Source: an uncultured virus (IMG/VR IMGVR_UViG_3300031841_003153)
Lineage: Duplodnaviria; Heunggongvirae; Uroviricota; Caudoviricetes
Virus record (IMG/VR): IMGVR_UViG_3300031841_003153
Reading direction: 5' to 3' (one strand)
DNA length: 55,112 nucleotides
A program made the translations under genes and the position numbers. Below the pieces are notes generated by a model that worked only from the letters and a program-made list of their open reading frames with translations, was not told the origin of the DNA and did not search any database. Below are positions 1 through 9,300 of this stretch, in pieces. The first letter of the stretch is position 1. The number at the start of each line of letters is the position of its first letter.

Positions 1-327
1 CGGCCCTAAAATAGTAAGGGTTGTTGTAGACGTAAAAGGTGCTCCACCTTCTGTCATTCCTTTTATGCGTAAAGGAATATCCACTTGATCTGGAGAACCA
101 CCAAAAGCCTCTACGCCCAACATGTAAAGTGTTTGTTCGCCAGAAGCGGGAGGTGGAGTATTAACAAAAAGAGGAGCTTCTGCCGAAGCTGGTCCCGTAA
201 TATGCAAAGTGGCCTGCTCATTATCTCTTTGTGATGGCCCTATGTACAAAGGCGTCACTCCAGAGGCAGGAGGATATCCAAATATGAACAGAGTTTCAGT
301 TGTTTCAAACTGCACAGGAAATGGCAC
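1..327 (-). CDS. Partial tail-associated protein (N-terminus; runs off window)
   Basis: GTG at 327 right after the TMP stop, GGGGGA upstream; open to base 1 (MPFPVQFETTETLFIFGYPPASGVTPLYIGP...); repeated xLxIxG beta-strand motifs; position downstream of TMP. Confidence 0.6.
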   Translation of the reverse strand, partial: MPFPVQFETTETLFIFGYPPASGVTPLYIGPSQRDNEQATLHITGPASAEAPLFVNTPPPASGEQTLYMLGVEAFGGSPDQVDIPLRIKGMTEGGAPFTSTTTLTILGP

Positions 328-331
328 CTTG

Positions 332-3300
332 CTATCCCCCTGCCTTGAATGAATTCTTGTTAAACTTTTGATCAACCTCTTTCTTGATAATTTCTTCAAT
401 CTTAGGAGTCATCGCGTTGCCTACGGCACTAACTATGTTTGATACCTGTTCTTCCCCAAGATTAAATGTCATTGTCATATCCCCACTGAATGAATGGCTT
501 ATTTTCATTCCATTATTTATTGCGGTAGCTAGATTGTCTACAGCACCCGCGATGAAATCGAACTGTCCTAATATATTATCAAGCCTACTGCCAAATGCTG
601 CACTAAATTTATCAAATACCTCGGTAAGTGGTCCTGTGTTTATTTCTAGTGGACCCATTCCGCCACTGCCATTTCCACCATCTGATAGATATGAGGTTTT
701 CATACCCCCAACAACACCACCTTTGGCGAATTTCTGGGGCATGACACCATTTTCGTTCATCTCTTTAAGATTTTTCATTCCTATCTTTTGGGCGGACTTG
801 GGATTTACAACAAATTCACCGGGGGTAAGCATGGCAGGAATAGTGTCCTGTGTTCCACCTCCGTTGTTAAACCCTTGTGCCTGCTTTAAAAAGTCGGCGG
901 GGTTTTTGATTCCCGCACCTTTTAGTAGGTTGAACAAAAGTTTAAGAATAGCTTCTTGTCCCTGTGGGGCTTTTTTACCGGCCTGATTTTTATTTCTTGC
1001 GTTATCTGAGGTTTTTCCATTAGCCCTTGCGTACCTGTTTGCCACCGCTGGACCATTTGTCCTAAGAAGCCTGTTGTACTTGGCTTGTGAAAAACGATTA
1101 ATTTCTGATTTTTCGTTGGTTTGAAGCTGTCCGCTGGCAGCAGCTTGATCTTTTGCTTTTGCGGCATCAAGTTCTGCTTGTTTATCGGCCTCAATGTTTG
1201 CTTTGAGCGAGTCTCGCAATCCATCGTCTGGAAAAACGCCTTTAAGACTTTCGTCGGGCGGACCAATATCTTCTACAATTTTTTTAGATCGAGCATCCTC
1301 TTCTGCTTGTCTTTGCTTAACCTTAGCTACTTCTGAACCGTCACCTGTTGCTGCTGGTGCTGCTCCTGCTGGTGCTGCGTCGGCCTTATTTGGTTTTTTC
1401 TCTTCTGCTTCTTTACGTTTTTCCGGCGGGATGTATTTGTCTGCAAGGTTTCCTACGTCTCTTGTGTTTCTCCAATCCTCAATGTTGCCGGAATACCCAG
1501 CTTTTCTTGCGTAAACGAAGTCTTTTCTGTCCTCTCTTCTTTTAGAAGCATCCTCTCTAAGTCTGGTTTGATATTCACGTTCAGCATATTTTTCTGCTGC
1601 CTCTTTTTCAATCGGAGCGATAGCGTCAGAAGCAATATTGTTGTCTTTATAATATTGTTGTTTATATTTGCTCTTTTCTTCTTGAGATTTTTGGGACTCT
1701 CCCGTATTTGGATCGACAGTTAGACGGCGGACCTCGTCCCGCCGAATGGCTGACTGAATTCCTGCTGCAACGGCAGCCTCTTCGTTTTCAAAAATAGCCC
1801 CCGTTTCTCGATCTTTGTAAATATCGCTTCTTTTTGCCTGCTGTTCATCGTATTTTTTCTTTGCTTTTGCCCTAAGCTTCGGATCGCTACTGAAAGTTGG
1901 TTCTGGGCTTTTTCGTGTAACGGGTTTGTTTGGAGCATCTCCCGCAACCAGAATACCCTCATCATCAAATTTGACATCTAGCCCATTTTGCATAATTGCA
2001 TCAGTAGCGGCATCGGAACCAAAGAAACCAGACGAACGACCCATTGTTGCAAGCTGTCTATCTGAATAGGTTGCTTGGGTAGCTTCTTGGGCGATCTGGT
2101 CAGATATTTCACTATTTGTCAATTTCCTAGTCGAACCATCGGGCATTGTAATGGTTTCGTTTTGAAGCTCTCTAATTCTAGCAAAAGTACGAGCTTGTTT
2201 TTCTTCTTCTGTCTCGCCAAACGTTGGTCCAAGCTGGAACTCGCTGTTTAACCTTTCAATCTCTGCATCTTTTTCTCTATCTCTTGCTCTGCTGTCTGCC
2301 AAATCAACAACAGTTGCCCCTCCTTGATATGTGCCATCGGGCTGCCTTTTCCGTTCTTTTTGACCCGCTTCAAACCTCGCATCTGCTTCGTCGGCTCTTT
2401 TCTGTGCTTCTTTGGTTCTTTTGTTGTATGCTTCCTGTGCTTCGGCGTCTTTCCTCGCCTGAATTTCCCGTCTTTCTTTGGCAGTATAAAATTCTCCAGT
2501 TTCAGGGTTTTTAAATTCTTTATCTAAATCAGAAGTATCTACCTCTAAAAAGTCACCTCTTGCTCTTTTTTCAAGCTGAATTTTTTCATTTTGTAACTGT
2601 TCCAACTCGGCTCTGGCGGCATCAGAACCAGTTTCCGTAATCTCATCTTTTAATCTTTGTATTTGCGACTTATAGCTTTCGCTACTCAAGCCTACTAGCT
2701 CTTGTGTTCCGGGAGCAGGTTCACTAAACTCTCCAGTTTTTATGTCGTATCCAGTCCTGAGTTCGCCTCTATAATCAAATTTATTACTTTGTTGATCTAT
2801 TCGATCAAGTCTTTCCTGAGCATCAGCCTGACGACTAGCGGCTCTTCTCTGTCTTTCTCTGACCAATTGATTGTAGGTTGATTCAGATAACGACTGATCC
2901 TGCCTTCTCTCTTGGGCTTTGTATTTAGCATCAATATTAGGGTACTGAGTAGCTGCTTCTTCGGCTTTACCCTGTCTTACCAATTCACGATAAGCAATGT
3001 CTTTCGCTCTTGCTTCTCTCTGTCTCGCCTGTTCTTCTTCTTCTGCAATAGTTTCATTAAGTTTGCGTTCTCTTTCTTTAAACTCTTCTTCATTTTTCGG
3101 CTCTTGAAAATACACGCCCTTTTCTTCTGGGGTTCTTGCTGATCCGGCGACTGTTCCTTTATTTCTCGCGATAATTTCTGGGTTGAAATCAGAGAACGTA
3201 GATTCCACAGCAGATTGTGCCAGCAAGCCGCCTTCTTCTCGTTGGTCACGAATCGAACCACCCAAAAGAACGTCGAGATATGCCTGCTCCACGAAGTTCG

Positions 3301-6300
3301 GAGCCGTTGAACTGGATGCTTGAACTGCTTTGAGACGCCTTTGATTAATTTGTTCGCCACGCCTTCTTGCCGCCTCTTCAACGCTAATTCCTTCTCTTTT
3401 GGCAATTTCTTTAAGTTTCTCTCGTTCTCTCTGTTTTGAAATTACGGCAGTCGTACCGCTACCGCCACCAAAAAGATAAACAGCCCCACCTTTAGCTCGC
3501 TTTAAGGCTTCTTCTGCCTCTCTAACACCTGAAAGATCGAACTTTGACTTTTTACCAGAACCAAAAGATAAACCAGCATTGAACCCATTGGCAGCATAAA
3601 CGGTTCCGCCATTATTCATTTGTTGTAAAGTATCTTTTCCAATTTTATCAACAGAAGACTTCTTGATAACAAACTCACCCTGTTGCAGCATGGCAGGAAC
3701 CGTGTCGGTTCCCTTTGGCTTGAACACTTCTTCCATGCCTTTTGGTGTAGAAGCACTACCGGGAACCACTCCACCCCTATTCATGTAGACGGAGCCGCCT
3801 CTACTCTTAGTGACAGCTTGGGGACTGTCAGATTTATTATTATCCAAATCTTGAATTACCTTGACAGCAGAAGTAACGGCCTGTCCAGATACTTCAAGCT
3901 GCTTTTTTAACGATGATAAAACAGGGGTGAGTTTACCAAGGTTTTCTCTCAAACCATCAATTACTTCATTATTTCTTTTGATAACCTCTTGCTGCTGTTG
4001 TTCCCCGGCACCAATTTCCCCTTGGGCACCAGCTTGTGCGGCAGCCAAATCTTCTCCAAAAACATTACGAAGATCCTTACGAATACCCTTGAGTTCGGTT
4101 AGTTCTGCCGCTTCAATTCCGGCAAGTGCTAAAGATGCTGTCAACTCCTGCTTTCCCAATTCTTTGAGTTCGCCAAGCAGGGGATTTTCAGCTTTTCTAA
4201 GACCATCTATAAACTGATTCAATCCGCCAAGTCCCAGCCTTCCAGTTTCTCTGGCGGCAAGAATCTGCTTTAACTCTTTACCGGTGACTTGTTGACCTTC
4301 AAAATTTATAAGCTGGCTACCAACACTATCCAAGGCTTGGGAAATAAGTTGTCTTTGGTCACCGGTAGCACCAGCAATGCTTCCTTGAGCAAGTGCTCTA
4401 TTTAGTAACGCAAACCCTTTGAAAATTTCTTGCCTTTGGTCATCAGTACCAAAAGCTACAGACTCTTGTAACCCCTCTGCCTCGGCACGTCTTCCTCTAA
4501 GTTCAGACAAGTCTTTTTCAATATCTGCCGCTTTAGCAGACTGGTCTGCCAGTCTTTCTAGTTCTGCCCTTGCTCTAGCTGCACCCTTTGCCGCTTCGTT
4601 CGATCCTGCCTCTGCTTTAGAAGCCGCTATACCTAAATCATTTAGGTTATCACCGAATTCAGCACCGTTTCTTATTAAGTCTCGCTGTTTGTCTCTTAAA
4701 TCTTTAGATTTTTTTGTAAGATCGTTAAAAGCCTTCAAAGTAGCATTAACGTCGCCAGCCCTAGCACCAGCACGTAAAGCGTCTGGACCAAGAGCAATAT
4801 TTGCAGCCGCCCTTCTTCCACGCTCTCTTTCCTGTCTTGAGCGAGGGTTTTCAGAGGCTTTGGCGAGTCTGTCCTGATTACGCTCGAAAACCTTAGAAGC
4901 ATCAGCAAAAGCATTTATTGTACTTTCTTGTGCCGCGACAATTTTTGAATTTATTTGAGACTGCTTTTGAAGGAATTGATTTTGTATCTCTACCCCTCTT
5001 TTGAAAACCTCTATTTGGGCTCTTACATTTTCTTTTAGTTCTTCTGTAAGTTTTTGCTGATCTTCAAGACTTAAACCGCCACCAATTTTCTCACTACCTA
5101 TTGCCTTGTCAACATTTTTCTTAATTATCGCCCTAAGATCCGGCCCTAAACCATTTAGGCCACCCGGAATGCTTTTGGTTATTTCTTCGGTTAGTGCAGT
5201 ATTCAAATCTGGAATGTTTATCAACTCTCCATTTTCTGACTGTCTTTTAAAATCCGCAAAAACAGATGGAAGATCTCTTATGACTGTTTGCGTCTGACTT
5301 ATGCTTTTTGAAAAACCTTCCGCATCTTTGCCGATTACGCCTCTTCCAAGACGATTAATCCTTTCAATGGCTTTTTTATTAAGCTGTTCAAAAGGAACAT
5401 CAAAAACAGTTGTGTCAAACTCAATAGCCCCAAAACTACCCTCATTACCAATATCGTCAATTTGTTGATAAATGTTACCAAGAGAATCGCTTTGAGCTAA
5501 TAGTAGATTAAATGCACTTAAATTCTTATTTACTTTAAGCAGGGTCAAAGCCTGTTGTCTTTGTGCGTTTTCCGCTAGTAGTGTAGTAGTAGCGAGTTTA
5601 TTTTGAGCGACAAGCAACTCCTGTGCGGACACACTTTGTTCTAACTGGGCCTGCTCTATAGTTGCGTCTCTTTGTGTTTTCAAAGCGGCAACTTTGTCGG
5701 TGTCACCAGCTTCTTCTGCCGCTTTAATTCTTGACTTGAACGACAGGTTTACCAACTTCTCTATATTTTCTCGCGTTTCTACAAAAGAGGCGGCAAGTTC
5801 TGGAAATCGCTTTGTCAAGTCAGAAAGACTACCCACAGAAGAAAGGGCGGCTGGACCAAACTTGGTTAATTCGCTTATAGCTTCGGAAACGGCTTTTTTG
5901 CCTTCGATTTTTACGTTATTCAATTCCGAAACAAGATTTGTAGAAAGATCCGCAGAAGCCTTCTCAGCAGCCTCTACCTGTTTCTCCAATTCTTCTAGCT
6001 GCTTTATTCTGTTTGAAATACTTGCATCATCAGCTATCTCATTTTCAGATTTTAAAGTCTCCCCCGTTTCGGATACAATGCCTTCTTCAACAAGATTAGC
6101 TCTCAACTTTGCCCTATCTTCTCTAACCTTCTCCAATTTTTGTTGATTTTCTGCAATTTGAGCTTGTGCGTTGTCGATAAATCCACCAAGTAGCCCAACC
6201 TTTTGGGCGGCAGTAGCACCCGCATCACCAGCTTCTTTGAGTGCCTGTTGGAAATCTTTAGCAACTTTAATAGACCTAAACTGAACCTCGGCAGAGTTTC

Positions 6301-9300
6301 TTGCAATTGATGTGGTAAGTCTAAGGTTTTCCTCTTGCTGTTTAGCGGAAGCCTCTTGAGATTTTGCATAAAGATACGCAGCACCCGCACCAGCAATCAA
6401 CGCCGCTCCAAGGATCGTTCCAAGAACGGGAATTCCTTGCAAGGCAATACCGGCAGCGAAAAATCCACCAGCAGCAGCAGCGGCACCCGCCGCAGCACCG
6501 ACGAAGGCACCTTTAGTCTGATTACCTTCTTTGGCATTTAATTGTGCAATTCTTAGGTTTGCCACAGCCGCTTTTTCTCTAGCTTTTACAAACTTTTCTT
6601 CACTTGCCGGTTTTCCACCCTCTAATGCTTCAAGCTCTGCATCTGCAACCTTGTTGGCATTTTCTATTTGTATTTTTAAACCCTCTCTCAAGAAGGCGTT
6701 ATAAGCCTTTATACCAGCAATGAGGCCTGTAATGGCAATGGCGGCAACTGCTGCAACATTAGCGAAGGCGGCACCTTTACCTTGACCTTCACCACCACCT
6801 CCACCCCCACCACCAACTCCTTTTAAGGCGACAGAAGCCTGCCCCGCCGAAACTGCAAGATCTCTATTAGCGGCTTTTAAAATGGCACTGCTGGCAATTT
6901 GACCTCCGATCTCTAAGCCTAAAGAAGCAACTTGAGTAAATAAACCAATAGTTGCCGCCGCAGAATTTAAAGCAGCTTCGGTCTGCCTTTTAGTTCCTTC
7001 ATCAAGGCCAGCGAAACTTTCTACCAGAGTTCCTCCCACAAGGGTTATTCCTATGGCAGCATTTGTAAACTTATTTAAAACGTCAGAAAGATTATTAAAC
7101 TTATCACCGACTTCCTTAGCACGGGCGGCGGCTTCCTCTTGAGATTCTGTAGAGCCACCTCCACCACCGGGACCACTGGGACCACTGGGCAATTTCTTGG
7201 CTTTTCCTTCTTGTATTAATTTATCTGTCGCTTCTGTAAGTTGATCTTGGGAAATCTCGCCTGCGGCATAAGCATCGTTTAAATCTTTCATTTGCTTGTT
7301 TAAAACATCAGCCGCAGCTTGTCCTGCCACTTGGCCCTTACTCAAGGCTTCTGTACGACTACTACCATCGTTAAGAGCTTTTCTATAGGCTTGAACCGCT
7401 TTCTGACCCTCTCTAGTATCCTCTCCCAAATACTGGAAACTTTCGGCTAAAGCATCCGCTTCTCTTGCAATCTCAGCTATTTCATCACCAGAACGACCTT
7501 GAGGAAGACCCGGACCAAGAAATTTTCGACCCTCAGACTCTCCACCGACCCCACGTTGCTTCTTTCCGGTTCTATCCGCACCACCCGGAGAAATGAAGTT
7601 TTCAATATCTCCTGCCTTGCCCAATGCGTCTTGAATTTGGAGAGCCGTGTCTGCCGCAGAATCAAAATTCCTAGCAAAGTTTAGTACGGCTGTTTTAGCA
7701 CCGTCTGCACCAAGATTTAAGCTATTTATTTCTTCTGTAAGTTGTTTAAAAGCCGCAGCATTAGCTTTGGCCTGAGCGTTTACTAAAGCCAAATCTTTGG
7801 GTTTGGTTAAACCGAAATCTCCTGACTCAACAGGTCCACCACCAGCAGCAAACTTTTGAACACCAACGGCTCCACCAGCAGCAAAACCCTCAACGCCCTT
7901 TTTGTTCATCTTGTTTAGCCTACCGTAACCGATAGACTCAGCGGCTTTCTTGCTGAACACAAACTCACCCGGAGTGAGCATTGCAGGAACAGTGTCAGAC
8001 GGTGCTGGACCGTTTGCAGATCCACCTTTGTTTAGATATTTTGTTCCACCAACCTTTGTAAACCCAAGCTCTTTAAGTTCAGACGCTTTGTATTTTCTTC
8101 CTGTGGCAGTCTGAAAGTCTGACAAGGAGTATCCAGCACGCTCTGAACGATTAGGAAACCTTGCCCTAAGTGCCCTTTGAAGACCAGCCTTGTCTCCGCT
8201 ACCAGTATCAGCAGCTAAATTCTTGTATGTAGAACTACCCTTGTATTCTGCGGCAATCTCTTGGGCTATTTTACCCTTAATTCCTTCGGTCCCTGCCGCT
8301 GCATAACTAGACTTAGCGTCAACATAAGAACCGGGAAGGTTATCGTAATTATCTTTAACAGCACCACTAAGGCCATCTGGAAAATCAAAAGGAGCGTTTT
8401 GTGGAGCAGGTTTAAACCTGCCTTTGTTAGATAAGATATTGAGAGCGTTTTCAAAAGGTCCACCTAAAGCACCCGATGATCTAATTCTTTCTTTTAGCTT
8501 TCCTATATCGCTTGGATCAGGCGTAACACTACCAAGCCCTAAGTCTGCACCCAAACCACTAACAGCGTCATTGACCCCCTTAGCAGCACCCTCAAGAAGA
8601 GTATCTTTAAACCCATCGGAAGTTTTTTGGTTTAAGCCTTGTCTAACAATAGAATATTTCTTAGAAGAAAACTCTTTACTAAGACCTTTTCTTTGTGCTT
8701 CTGTGGACTTTGTGATATAAGGAGAAACATCCTTGATTCCAACATTTACCGACTCTGCCGCGATACCATCATCAGGATCTAAAATAGCAGCACCGACTTT
8801 GTTTTTTGTGGCTATTCCTCCAAGAGCGAATTTTTGAATCAAACCACCTAAAGCTGCGTTTTTTGCGTTTTTTCTTTTTGTTCCATCATTCTTGGTTTTT
8901 CTAGCTAATTCTTCACTATCGGTAACGTCCTGAATAAGGGTTATTCTTCCAAGATTAATATCGTCTCCATCAGAACTGGCAGTAAGTCTTTGCCTTGTAA
9001 ATTGATCCTTAACCCTCTGGTCGGTTTTGGTGATCGGGTCAATAGCAGCACCAACCATCTTTTCCCCCAGCCCCTTAGTGGAAAAGTCGGCAACGTTTCC
9101 GTCACGGGTTAGGCTTTTTATTTCGTAACGCTGTCCACCGGGACCGGTTGCATCAAGTCGAGAATTGGAAGCGTCTTTTTCTAAGTTTATACCAAGTAAA
9201 GACTCGGCAACTCGCTCAAATGCAAAACCTCTTTCTTGAGCGTTTTTTGCCTTAACCGCTTGCTTATATTGTCTAACCCCTCCTATTCTTTGGTCTACTT